Virus record (IMG/VR): IMGVR_UViG_3300008261_000125
Span: 1-64,000 of that record
Strand: one strand, 5' to 3'
DNA length: 64,000 bases
DNA from: a virus
Of this stretch, positions 47,332 to 57,765 are shown in pieces (within the stretch, counting starts at the first letter, position 1; each line of letters begins with the position of its first letter). The position numbers were made by a program, and so were the translations under genes. The notes beneath the pieces were generated by a model. That model made no database searches. It saw only the letters and a program-made list of their open reading frames with translations, and was not told the origin of the DNA.

Positions 47332-50145
47332 CTATTTATTTTTATTTATTTCTCTAATAGCATCTTCTGCTGCTAAATTTCTTGCTTCTTGGTCCTTGAG
47401 TATTTGAAGTAATTGCGATTCTACTGCATTAATGTCTTCTAGATTATAACTATTATATGGAATATCTTGAGTTCTTGGTTGACCATTAATATATACTTTT
47501 TTATGATAAACAACATTAACTTCATTAGTTTCATCATCATAACTAAGATTTATTTTTCCAGCTTTGGGAAATGAATCAATAGTGTAATTTTTTTGAACTT
47601 TAAGAATAGGTGTTATATTACTTACTTCAGCTTCTTTTTTGAATACTGTATTTAAACTATTATCATAAAACAAAGTAAATTTAGATATGTCTTGACCATA
47701 TAAAGGACCAGGATTTTCTTTAGTACCTACATATTTTTTAATATAATCTGGATCAAATCCACTAAAAGTAATAGCTGCCATATTTTTATTACCAGCAGCA
47801 TAAGGACTAAGTTTTACATTAAATACAGGTCTAGTTCCTTTTTCTTTAGATGATGTAGTATTAACATCATTTATTAATCCTGACATAAATTGTTTAACTA
47901 ACTCTGTGTTATCTTTTTCAAATGATTCTTTAGAAGCATCACCTAATACTCCAGTAAATGAACCAGGTGTATTAACTAATTGATTAGTAACAGATGTTAC
48001 ATTTTTAAGAACTTTAGATTTATTTTTAGCATCTACAGTTGAGTAGTTTAAAGTACTAGCACCAATAGAACCTGTTCCTTGATAATCAGTAATTAATCCA
48101 GTAGCTTGTTTTAAACTAACTCCAGGGGTTGTGTTGTATGTTCTGTAAAACTGAGTTTTTAATGCTTCATAAGCATCTTCAGCATCTCCTTTATCAACAC
48201 CATAATCCCCTTCAGAGTGTTTTTTTGATATATATTTTTGAATAAATTCTGCAGGTGCTTCTTTATCTGTATATAAAAATCCAGAAGAAGTTAATAATAA
48301 GTCTGCATATTTAGCTACAGGATTTTCTGAAGATACAGTTTTCTTGATTTCTCCTACTACTTTTTTATTTGATGTTGTTAAATGTTTTATAGATGCATAG
48401 TAAGCATCATTAGTAGTTTTAATATCATGAATTTGTGAACCATATTTTTGCAATACTGGTTGAGCCCATGCATAATCACCTTGAGGATTTTTACCTTCAG
48501 GAACTATTTTCATAGTAGCATCAAAAACAGATTTAGGAGAAGTTTTCTTTGCTGCCATTGCAGCAGTTAACTCTTGTTTGTTTGTAATTGATTTACTTCC
48601 TACTACTTGTTGTAAATATTGTTTAGCACCTACACTACCTTCTTTAGCAGCTTTTTGAGCAGCTATAACCATATTATATACATAGTCAGTAGACATAGCA
48701 TTTGCTTTAGCTTGATAGTCATGCATTTCTTTCCTAGTCATTTCAAATCCTGCTTCAGGATTATTGTCTAGATCTACTTGAACTTGAGTATTAGGGTCAT
48801 TCTCATCAACTGTTAATGATGGTTCTTCACCATCTTCACCAGCAGTACCTTCTTTTCTAAGTTTTGCAAACTCTTTAAACTCTTCTAACTTAATATCTAA
48901 ATCATGTTTTATTAACATTTTTTGTTTATCAAGTTCAAAATCTAAAAGTTTATTTTGTCTTGTAATAGCAGCTTGTTGTGCATTTACACCATAAGGGTTA
49001 GCCTTAACACTTTGTTTTTTTGTAATGTTAGCAAGTGATTCGCCTAAACTTCTAAAATCTTCATCTTTTAAAGTATTAGCTACAGCTATATCAACTCTAT
49101 TTCTAAAACTACTTAAATCAGCACTTTGTAAATTATTGTTAACATTATCTATATCTGATTGAATAGCAGTTCTTTGAGCAGCTAATGATTCTTTAGTTTG
49201 AGGAATATTTTCTAAATAAGCTTCTTCTTCAGGAGTTAATCCTTTACCACTATCTCTTTGTTTTTGCAATTGTAATTGTCTACTATTTAAATTTTCATAA
49301 GATTTATTTAAATAGTTATAATTACTTTCTAGTTTTTTAAGACCTCTTTGCATTTCAGTTTGTATGTAATGTTTTTCAGCTTCTTCTTCAGAACCAAATT
49401 GAGCAGCATTACCTTTAACAAAATCTTTTCTTCTAACATAAGATTGGGTATTATAGTTAGATTGAATTCTTGAATCATCCCCATAAATGTCTTTAAACAA
49501 CGAATGTAATCCCCCACTTACTAATTGACCATTAGTGTTTGTAACAATCCATTCTTTAGTAACTTCATCTTGAGAAACACCATAATTTAAATCTTTAGCA
49601 GCTTTAATAGCTTTAGTTTTCCAATCAAAGTATGGTGTATATTCTCCTATATCATATCTAAGAGCTTCATCATCACTTGCATTTTTAAACTCTTCCATTC
49701 TATATTGAAGAGATTTAACACCATCATCCCAATACTGACCTCCACATTTATCTGGATCTAAACATGATTTTAATGATTCAGCTTTATCTAATTCAGCATA
49801 AGCCTTCTTAGTTTTAACCATATCATTAATCATATTTTTATCTTCATAAAAACCTTTAAACACATTTTCAGCAGCATCTACATTTTGTTGTAGTGATAAA
49901 TCCATTCCAGATATTTTTTTAATATCTTCATCTATCACTTTGAAGAACTCATCCCTTCTTTTAACATTACCTTCTCTCAACATTGGAGAGTAAAGTAACG
50001 AACCATATAAATCACTTACTTTCTTCTTAGCAGAATCATACCTAGTTTGTCTAGTCTGCATTACATTTGCTAAGAAATTATAATCAGGTCTGAATGGTTG
50101 AATTTGAGGAATGTAATCTGTTACACCATTAATATAAGTAGCCAT
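47332..50145 (-). CDS. virion cargo/ejection protein
   Basis: 937-aa coiled-coil-rich ORF directly upstream of the giant-protein cluster. Confidence 0.7.
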   Translation of the reverse strand: MATYINGVTDYIPQIQPFRPDYNFLANVMQTRQTRYDSAKKKVSDLYGSLLYSPMLREGNVKRRDEFFKVIDEDIKKISGMDLSLQQNVDAAENVFKGFYEDKNMINDMVKTKKAYAELDKAESLKSCLDPDKCGGQYWDDGVKSLQYRMEEFKNASDDEALRYDIGEYTPYFDWKTKAIKAAKDLNYGVSQDEVTKEWIVTNTNGQLVSGGLHSLFKDIYGDDSRIQSNYNTQSYVRRKDFVKGNAAQFGSEEEAEKHYIQTEMQRGLKKLESNYNYLNKSYENLNSRQLQLQKQRDSGKGLTPEEEAYLENIPQTKESLAAQRTAIQSDIDNVNNNLQSADLSSFRNRVDIAVANTLKDEDFRSLGESLANITKKQSVKANPYGVNAQQAAITRQNKLLDFELDKQKMLIKHDLDIKLEEFKEFAKLRKEGTAGEDGEEPSLTVDENDPNTQVQVDLDNNPEAGFEMTRKEMHDYQAKANAMSTDYVYNMVIAAQKAAKEGSVGAKQYLQQVVGSKSITNKQELTAAMAAKKTSPKSVFDATMKIVPEGKNPQGDYAWAQPVLQKYGSQIHDIKTTNDAYYASIKHLTTSNKKVVGEIKKTVSSENPVAKYADLLLTSSGFLYTDKEAPAEFIQKYISKKHSEGDYGVDKGDAEDAYEALKTQFYRTYNTTPGVSLKQATGLITDYQGTGSIGASTLNYSTVDAKNKSKVLKNVTSVTNQLVNTPGSFTGVLGDASKESFEKDNTELVKQFMSGLINDVNTTSSKEKGTRPVFNVKLSPYAAGNKNMAAITFSGFDPDYIKKYVGTKENPGPLYGQDISKFTLFYDNSLNTVFKKEAEVSNITPILKVQKNYTIDSFPKAGKINLSYDDETNEVNVVYHKKVYINGQPRTQDIPYNSYNLEDINAVESQLLQILKDQEARNLAAEDAIREINKNK

Positions 50146-50213
50146 GTTTTAAAATCAATTTATGTTTAAATATACAAAATTTAAAAAGAGTGATAATACA
50201 CTTTAAAAGTTTA

Positions 50214-51710
50214 TTATGCTGTTGAACCTGGATATCCAGGAGGTATTGATCTTTCATTATCTTCACCTGTATTAACTTTTTGATTTTTTAAATAATCAAG
50301 AGCATCTTTTGGAGTTAAACCTGGTATATCTCTCATTAATTTTCTTACTTGTGCAGTAATATCATTATTAGTAGGGGAGGTAGGAGTAAAATTGTTTGTT
50401 GGATCAAAATTAATTAAACCACCACTTGAAGGATCTGTATAGTAGTTAGGATATAATGTATTTAAGTTAGCAGTATTAGCTCTATTAGTAATAGCATCCA
50501 TATATGATTGTCTGATATTTTGTCTAGCTTGAGCTTTACTATTATCAAACTGTTGATTAAGTACTGTATACTTATCCCATAACTGAGTATCTAAATTAGC
50601 TTTGTTTTGTGAAGCTTGATTTAAGATATTAGTTCTTTCTTGAGATAACTGATTAGATAGTCCTACATTTAAGTTATTATATCTGCTCATTATGTCTGCT
50701 GCATTCTTACCTGCTTGTCCTTGAGCTGCTGACATTTGGGCTGCTAGTTGTCTTGGATCAGTAAAGGAAGCTGCAGCTTGTGCTGATATATTAGCTTGTT
50801 CTGCATTAGCAGCAAGTTCTCTAGTTGGATCATAGAAGGTAGCTTCTGGCAATCTTACTTGAGGAGTAGCTTGCCAAGGCATGTATCTTTTAATTCTAGC
50901 TTTATCTCCTACAGCTCCAGCTACTTTAATAATATCTTGCAACCACCAAGGAGCTTGACCTTGTGGACCTAATGGTGGAGGAGGATTTCTTTGAAAATCA
51001 TCTCTAGTAATTTCTTCTTCAGGTTTTTCAGTTGGAGTTGTACTAGTATCTTTTGGTGTTTTTACTGGTTCATCAGTTATGTAAGTTGTATATTCATAAG
51101 GTTTGTCTAAATCTTCAACCCAATATTTTTTATTATCTTGAGAAACAAAATTCTCACGACTCATTAACTTATCATATTCATCTTTGCTAACTTTTTTAAC
51201 TTGAGGTACTACAGCTCTAAACCACCATTGTTGATCTTTGTAAGAATTTACAACATCATCTTTAGAAAGTTTACCAGATTTCACAGACTCATGAACATCT
51301 GACATTGTAGGTACTTTACTAGTCTTATTTAAAGATTGCCAAGTTTTAATTAATTTATTATTAGGTTTAGGATTTCTATATAACATAAAATCATAAACCA
51401 ACTCAGGAAGTTTACCACCTGAATATTGTTGAAGTTCATTAATACCTTGCCTCACAGCTTTGTCTATATCAGTAGAACTATTTGACTTAGGTTGGATAGG
51501 TGGTAGTTCAACTCTAGCTCTAAGCTCATTAAGTCTTTTTAAACCTTTTTCACCATAAGCTTCTTTTTCTCCATAACCTGCTTGCTTTTCAGCTTTATGA
51601 TATTCATAATCTTGTACTTCTTCGTCAGTTGCTTTTCTTAAGTCAGTATATGTTTTACCATCATCTGTACTTTTTTGAAGCATTCCATTATATATTCTAA
51701 ATTTGTCCAT
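50214..51710 (-). CDS. virion cargo protein
   Basis: 498 aa; Q/N/A-rich coiled-coil C-half after PWWLQD. Confidence 0.7.
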   Translation of the reverse strand: MDKFRIYNGMLQKSTDDGKTYTDLRKATDEEVQDYEYHKAEKQAGYGEKEAYGEKGLKRLNELRARVELPPIQPKSNSSTDIDKAVRQGINELQQYSGGKLPELVYDFMLYRNPKPNNKLIKTWQSLNKTSKVPTMSDVHESVKSGKLSKDDVVNSYKDQQWWFRAVVPQVKKVSKDEYDKLMSRENFVSQDNKKYWVEDLDKPYEYTTYITDEPVKTPKDTSTTPTEKPEEEITRDDFQRNPPPPLGPQGQAPWWLQDIIKVAGAVGDKARIKRYMPWQATPQVRLPEATFYDPTRELAANAEQANISAQAAASFTDPRQLAAQMSAAQGQAGKNAADIMSRYNNLNVGLSNQLSQERTNILNQASQNKANLDTQLWDKYTVLNQQFDNSKAQARQNIRQSYMDAITNRANTANLNTLYPNYYTDPSSGGLINFDPTNNFTPTSPTNNDITAQVRKLMRDIPGLTPKDALDYLKNQKVNTGEDNERSIPPGYPGSTA

Positions 51711-51721
51711 AAATAAATTTT

Positions 51722-53392
51722 TTAATCCCAGTTATGCAAAGGTTTACGTGAACTTGATGTTTTAACTTCTTCAACATCAGTTACAGCTTTAGCTGCAGGT
51801 TTTTTTATAATTTTTACATTTTCAACAACAGGTTTAGCTACAGGAGTTTTTCTAATATTAGTTACAACATTCTTTGTAGTTACTTTTGTTTTTGGAGTTA
51901 TTTTATTAACTTTTTTACTATTTAATGCATTAGGATGTTGAATAGCTTTTTCAGCTTCTTCTCTTAATATTTTATTTTGTAATTGAAGATTTTTAATTTC
52001 TTTATCTTTTTTTTGTTCTTGACCATATCCTTGTAAAGATCTTGTTCCAATATTAACAACAAATCCAGGAGGCATTTTTTCAGCAATTTTTGGAGCATTT
52101 TCTATAACATAGTCAATACCTTTTTTACCATATTTATTAATAGCATCTATACCAGCTTCACCATATTTTTGGACTAGCTCGTATCCTTTTGTACCATATT
52201 TTTGTAAAAATTTTCCTACTTCAGGGCCATACTTTAATGCTGCTTGACCTATTTGTTTAGCATACTGAACAGGTGCAGTATAGGCTTTTGCACCAAACCA
52301 AGTTGTAGGATCAGCAGCAACATCTGTATAAATGTTTCCTGTACTTTCCCATTCACCTGTTAATAAATTATTTACACCATATAATGGAGCATTTAACATA
52401 TTGGCTGCATAATCTATAACACCTTCTGAATTTGCTGGATTTAATTTAGCAACAAATTGATTAAGTTTTTTCTTACTTGGATTTTCTACTACACCTTTTC
52501 CTGATTTAGGTGGTGGAGCAAATTCATACATATCTCCTGACCATCTTTTCCCTACTTTTTCAGCGTAATCTTCTATAGATTTAAGATCAAAATAACCATG
52601 TTCTTGTTTAAGATTACCTTCTTCATCAAATCTATCACCAGAACCACTTACCCATTCAGACTCTTCAGCAATATTTAATTTAGGTTTACTTTTTCTAAAC
52701 TTATCTCTTTCTGCATATGTTTTACCATAATTTTCATTAATTAGTTTATTATTATTAGTATATTGATCTAAGAGATATTTAGGTATTTTTTCACCTGATT
52801 CATTATATTGCCCAAATTGTTTTAGTAAATTTCTTTCTTTAGTTTCTAAAATCTCTAAAGAAGGTATATAACTTTTTTTGGCTCCACCTTTTTGTTTTGT
52901 ATCAAACTGAGATATCATATTTCCACCATATCTAGCTTCACCTGTATCAGCATCTGGTTCTTCTTCTTGAGACTGAGTAGGTAAATAGCTAGAAGGATCA
53001 ATGTCATTCTCAATGATATATGGCATAGCAATAGCAGGTATACCTTGAGGGAAACCTTTCATTGATTCTTGAATTAAAGCAAGTTTAGCTAACTTTAAAT
53101 TGTAGTTAGATATCATTGCTTCTGCAGTTTTTCTTTGTAAATCTTCAGAATTAGGATCAGCAAGTATTTGTCTGAACTTATTAATATCAAACTTCTTAGC
53201 TATTTCAGCTGGAGTATATCCTGCTTTTTTAGGAACCATTCCAAACTGAGCTATTATAATAGGATCCTTTATTTTCATCTTAGCTGTATCACTAAAAATA
53301 AAAGAGTTATCAGGAAGGTTTAATGGTGTACCACCTTGACTATGTCTTTTACCACCAATCTTAAAATGAGCTGGTAATCCTCCTAAACTCAT
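51722..53392 (-). CDS. virion cargo protein (true start uncertain; frame open to 53449)
   Basis: GKRHSQGG, FIFSD; upstream in-frame KNIAREGANLEAEKGETAV without an ATG. Confidence 0.7.
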   Translation of the reverse strand: MSLGGLPAHFKIGGKRHSQGGTPLNLPDNSFIFSDTAKMKIKDPIIIAQFGMVPKKAGYTPAEIAKKFDINKFRQILADPNSEDLQRKTAEAMISNYNLKLAKLALIQESMKGFPQGIPAIAMPYIIENDIDPSSYLPTQSQEEEPDADTGEARYGGNMISQFDTKQKGGAKKSYIPSLEILETKERNLLKQFGQYNESGEKIPKYLLDQYTNNNKLINENYGKTYAERDKFRKSKPKLNIAEESEWVSGSGDRFDEEGNLKQEHGYFDLKSIEDYAEKVGKRWSGDMYEFAPPPKSGKGVVENPSKKKLNQFVAKLNPANSEGVIDYAANMLNAPLYGVNNLLTGEWESTGNIYTDVAADPTTWFGAKAYTAPVQYAKQIGQAALKYGPEVGKFLQKYGTKGYELVQKYGEAGIDAINKYGKKGIDYVIENAPKIAEKMPPGFVVNIGTRSLQGYGQEQKKDKEIKNLQLQNKILREEAEKAIQHPNALNSKKVNKITPKTKVTTKNVVTNIRKTPVAKPVVENVKIIKKPAAKAVTDVEEVKTSSSRKPLHNWD

Positions 53393-53449
53393 TACAGCTG
53401 TTTCACCTTTTTCTGCTTCAAGATTTGCACCTTCTCTAGCAATATTTTT

Positions 53450-56400
53450 TTAATAGCGTTGTACTGTGTATCCTAATTTTTGTAATCTATCAATCTCATC
53501 TTCATCAATATCTGCTTCATAATACTCATCATCTTCATCTGAGGAACCTCCCATAGCATAACCACCATATCTCATTGCTGGTTGCATTTGTTCTTGCTCA
53601 GGTTGTTGTTGTTCAGACATTTGTAATTGGTTAATTACAGTATCAATTATTTCAGAAGCTTGTTCTTCAGGTAAACCCATTTCAACAAGTTGTTCTAAAA
53701 TCTGTTCTGATTCAGCACCTTGTTGTAACATTTGTGCAACACCTTGCATGATTTGTTGTTCTCTACCATCTTGTTGTTGCATACCTCCATCTTGCATAAA
53801 GCCACCATAAGCTGCTACAGATTGTCCATGAAATTGTACAGGTGTATGATCCCGTGATCTTAACCTACCTGAATTAATTTCAGTATCACCTTGACTTATT
53901 GCATTTTCTGGAGTTTTTATTTTTGCATTATCTGCTACTGTAGATGCTTTAAGATTTCTTTTATTAGGTGCTACCTCTGATATTTGTTCTAAACCACTTG
54001 AAATCATATCTGCTCCGGTAATTTCCCAATTAGCCATAGCCTCTTGGTTAAATTTAGGTTTACTCTTTTCAGTTATTTCAACTTGTTTTTCATCTCTACC
54101 CATACCTTTCATTTCAATATTTTTATGTTGTAACCCAACTGATTCGGGTGTAGAGTATGCTGGTTGAGAAGCACCTTGATAAGATATATTTGAAGGTGCT
54201 GCACCTGGAGCATTACCAGATGGTTGAAAAGGAGAACCTTGATTAGAAAATAAAATAGGATTAGAAGATACTCCTAAATTACCAGTTGAAGATTGAACAC
54301 CAACTTGAGCTTTTGCTAATCCTCCATATTCTTTTTGTCTAGCTCTATTTTTAAATTTTTTAAGTATTTCTGCATCTAATGGATTTTTACTATCTAATAC
54401 CATTAATGTATCTGATGTAGGGAAAACTTTTGCTATATCATCATAAGAAGCTTCTGCTACATTAACACATCCATAAGAAGTACATCTCATGTTAGGATTT
54501 TGAGAGTTTAATTTTTTCATCCTTTCTACAAATACAGGATCTTTAGGATTAAATGCATTATCTGAATAGACTCTATGAAAACCTAAATCATTAGCAGCAG
54601 GAGCAGGTTGACCATAAGCAGATATAGGATTCATATCTCTTGTTTTTCCTTTATAAGCTTTTTTAATATAATTATAATATGAACCTGGTTTACCTAGACT
54701 TCCATCATCTTCCTCAAGAACCATTGTTTTTAAATCAGGGTGTGTTAAAGCAGGTTTTCCTAAAGTATAATAACCAACTGGAGTAGCTCTTAATGATGGG
54801 TTATTTGCTAATTGTATTAAATTATAAGGATTATAATTAGATTCAACATTTGAACCAGTTAATACAGGAAATGAACCTGCTTGTCCTTTGTCTCCAATAT
54901 AATAAGCTTGATTAGTTCTTTTATCAACTACTACTCCAGATTGAGGGGCTTTTCTTTTATCTACTTTATTTTGAGTTAATTTTTTAGCAGATGGACCAAA
55001 AGGATTTTGATAAATATGGTTTAAGTTATTAGTTACTGCAGGCATTGGAGAACTGCTTTTAACATTTGATTTTTCTGGTAATGTTCTTGGAGCAGGAACT
55101 GCTTTAACAGGAGTCTTTACTCCTTTTGTAGGTTTAGTTTCTGATTTAACTTTACTTACATTTTCTTTATTTACAACTTTTGGTTTATTATCAGATGTAT
55201 TTCTATAAGAAATTTTAGTAGGATTAGCAACATCATTCAATATATTTGCTAAATTAACTTCTGGTTCTTCTTGTTGCATTTGAAGTACTTTTGCTTGAAT
55301 AGCATTCATAATCTCAGGGTGATATGCTTCATCATTATTTTCATATGCTTCATCATTATTTTCAAAAGCATTACCATGATTAAATGGGTTCATCATCATC
55401 TCAACAGTCTGACCTTGAGGTCCTATTCTTGATGATTTAAATCCTCCATCTTGGTAGAATCCACCATATCTTTGTATTCTTGGGCCAGATTGAGGAATCA
55501 TTGCTTCTTTTTGGAAATTATAATTTGTTTCTACATTATTTACTGGATTAGCAGGGTTATTCTGATAAGCATTTATTTCATCCATTACTTGATCTTCATC
55601 AATATCTTTATATCCAAAATTATAATGACCTTGAACTGGTATATTATTTTGAACTGGTGGAGTGTATTGAGAATAAGAAGGATTTAACATATCATTTGCA
55701 TACTGTTCAAAATCCATATCTTTATAATTCTCTCTTTGTCTAGGTAAAGATTGTAATTTATTTTTTAATTCAGCTGCTCTTCTTTCTGGCATATCTTCTA
55801 CAGTATGCACTGCAGGGAATCCTTCAGTAAATCCTCTTGGTTGTACTTGTATAGGATCACCTTTATATTCACTATATGGAGTTTGATCTTTATAACCAAA
55901 TTTCATTTTAGTTTTACTCCATGGTCCAAAATGTCTATGACTAAACTCTCTAAGATTACTACTAGGGTTGTTAGCTAATTTCTTTAAAGCTTCTACATCA
56001 CTAGAAGAAATTGAATGTTTATATCCATAGTTCATTGGAAAATACCTCATACCATATCCTTGGTTATAGTAATGAGCTGGATAACCATATTGTTGAGGAG
56101 CATAGCCATAAGGATAATAATCTCTTTTTGGTTGTTTTTGTGACTCTTGATATTGAGATATTATTTGATCTAATAACTTTTCTCTTTCTGCTGCTTTTTT
56201 ATTAACCTCAGTTTCTTTAGTATCTTTTGTTTCAATACCTTCTTGTGCTTTAACTTCTTTAACTTTAGTTTTATCTTTAGTACCCATGGTGTTAAATACA
56301 TCCATAGTTGAACTACCTAAGTTAGCAGCTGCTTGACTTAATCCTGCTTGACCTTGATTAATGTTTTGTTGTAACATTTGTTGGTAAGCTTGATTTTGAG

Positions 56401-57745
56401 GATTAAGTTGTGGACCACCCATTTGCTTGTATTGTTCAAGCATGCTGTTTCCTTCTTCCTCTACTAATGAATTATGTAAATTAGTTTTAATAGCATTATC
56501 AAATTCTTCTCTTCTTTTACCTGGATAGTCTGTAGCATTACCTCCTTGCATTACTGTATCTCCACCTTTAGAGAATAGTTTCTTTTTAGCTTTCTTTAGG
56601 TTGTTTATTAAGCTGTAGAAGGATCCACCTTTCTCAAACTCATTACCACCTTCTTGAAATACAGGATACTCATCCATATTAGATTGGTCTAACATTCCAC
56701 CATATTCAGTATTAGGAAATGCACCATAGTTCATAGGAGAAGCAACATCACCTCCATCATCCATATATCCACCACAATTCATACATGGCATTTCATTAGC
56801 ACCATTAGGTAAACCTCCACCATAAGCAAAACCAGTAGAACCAGCCATTGTAATAGGATTATCTGTTGCTGAACCAATTGGTGTATTAATTCTTGTTTGT
56901 TTTAATGTACCTTCAGCACCAGGAGCACCTTGTATAAAATTAGCTACATAGTCTCCTTTATCAGTATATGATTTAGCAGGATCAATTTCTTGCCCTGTCT
57001 TTTTATCAAAGTATCTTCTTGTAGGATTTGCATAACCAGAATTAACATCAGGATACATATATGAATCATAATTTTGACTTTGATTACCTGGAGATGAAAA
57101 CCATTTTCTATCTATTTTATCTTGATCTTTTAAAGGAGTTGGTTGAGGTTTAGAAATAGAAGTTGCAGGAGTTGTTTGAGCTGTTTCAGTATAAACTGGT
57201 TTATAATATTGTTCAAAATCTTTAGCAGCATCTTTAGATATATGACCAGCTTCAACTAATGATTGAGGACTAACTCCAGATTGTAATCTACTTATCATTG
57301 ATTGCTTCCAATCACCACTTGTACCAGAACCACTTCCAGGACTACTAATAGCTTTATCAGCTTTCTTATCATAGAATGTTTTACTTCCTACAGAACCTAA
57401 CATATTATATCCTGGTTCTACAGTAGATACTTTAGTAGCACCTCTAGGTTCTTCTTTTAATACAGGAGGATTTGGATTATTCATCCCTCCTGGTTCAAAA
57501 TACCCACCATAAGCAAAATTACCAAATGGTATATTTAAATTACCATATGTAGGATCTCCAAAACTGAAGAACTCATCAGCAGTAGGTTGTCCATTGTGAG
57601 GAGCACCACTTAGTGATCCACCATGTTTCATTTGCTTATAACTTTCCCAATCTTCTTTAGTTGGAAACTCTTTATAAAAAGCAGCTTTGCCTTCTGGGGT
57701 ATTTGGAAACCCTGCTTCTGCTAAAATTTCATCTATCTTGCTCAT
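53450..57745 (-). CDS. Gly-Gly-punctuated cargo polyprotein with an L,D-transpeptidase (YkuD) domain
   Basis: About 20 xxxGG motifs; VVVDKRTN...TPVGYY...GFHRV...TSYGCVN (about 54340-54955); ATG 57745. Confidence 0.8.
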   Translation of the reverse strand: MSKIDEILAEAGFPNTPEGKAAFYKEFPTKEDWESYKQMKHGGSLSGAPHNGQPTADEFFSFGDPTYGNLNIPFGNFAYGGYFEPGGMNNPNPPVLKEEPRGATKVSTVEPGYNMLGSVGSKTFYDKKADKAISSPGSGSGTSGDWKQSMISRLQSGVSPQSLVEAGHISKDAAKDFEQYYKPVYTETAQTTPATSISKPQPTPLKDQDKIDRKWFSSPGNQSQNYDSYMYPDVNSGYANPTRRYFDKKTGQEIDPAKSYTDKGDYVANFIQGAPGAEGTLKQTRINTPIGSATDNPITMAGSTGFAYGGGLPNGANEMPCMNCGGYMDDGGDVASPMNYGAFPNTEYGGMLDQSNMDEYPVFQEGGNEFEKGGSFYSLINNLKKAKKKLFSKGGDTVMQGGNATDYPGKRREEFDNAIKTNLHNSLVEEEGNSMLEQYKQMGGPQLNPQNQAYQQMLQQNINQGQAGLSQAAANLGSSTMDVFNTMGTKDKTKVKEVKAQEGIETKDTKETEVNKKAAEREKLLDQIISQYQESQKQPKRDYYPYGYAPQQYGYPAHYYNQGYGMRYFPMNYGYKHSISSSDVEALKKLANNPSSNLREFSHRHFGPWSKTKMKFGYKDQTPYSEYKGDPIQVQPRGFTEGFPAVHTVEDMPERRAAELKNKLQSLPRQRENYKDMDFEQYANDMLNPSYSQYTPPVQNNIPVQGHYNFGYKDIDEDQVMDEINAYQNNPANPVNNVETNYNFQKEAMIPQSGPRIQRYGGFYQDGGFKSSRIGPQGQTVEMMMNPFNHGNAFENNDEAYENNDEAYHPEIMNAIQAKVLQMQQEEPEVNLANILNDVANPTKISYRNTSDNKPKVVNKENVSKVKSETKPTKGVKTPVKAVPAPRTLPEKSNVKSSSPMPAVTNNLNHIYQNPFGPSAKKLTQNKVDKRKAPQSGVVVDKRTNQAYYIGDKGQAGSFPVLTGSNVESNYNPYNLIQLANNPSLRATPVGYYTLGKPALTHPDLKTMVLEEDDGSLGKPGSYYNYIKKAYKGKTRDMNPISAYGQPAPAANDLGFHRVYSDNAFNPKDPVFVERMKKLNSQNPNMRCTSYGCVNVAEASYDDIAKVFPTSDTLMVLDSKNPLDAEILKKFKNRARQKEYGGLAKAQVGVQSSTGNLGVSSNPILFSNQGSPFQPSGNAPGAAPSNISYQGASQPAYSTPESVGLQHKNIEMKGMGRDEKQVEITEKSKPKFNQEAMANWEITGADMISSGLEQISEVAPNKRNLKASTVADNAKIKTPENAISQGDTEINSGRLRSRDHTPVQFHGQSVAAYGGFMQDGGMQQQDGREQQIMQGVAQMLQQGAESEQILEQLVEMGLPEEQASEIIDTVINQLQMSEQQQPEQEQMQPAMRYGGYAMGGSSDEDDEYYEADIDEDEIDRLQKLGYTVQRY
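55322..55363. repeat. 21-bp perfect tandem duplication (ENNDEAY x2)
   Basis: atatgcttcatcattattttc twice in a row. Confidence 0.9.
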
Positions 57746-57748
57746 ATA

Positions 57749-57756
57749 CAAATATA
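57749..57756 (-). promoter_or_regulatory. TATATTTG -7 element 3 nt before ATG 57745
   Basis: Same geometry as the elements at 2392 and 3858. Confidence 0.5.
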
Positions 57757-57765
57757 TTGAATTTA

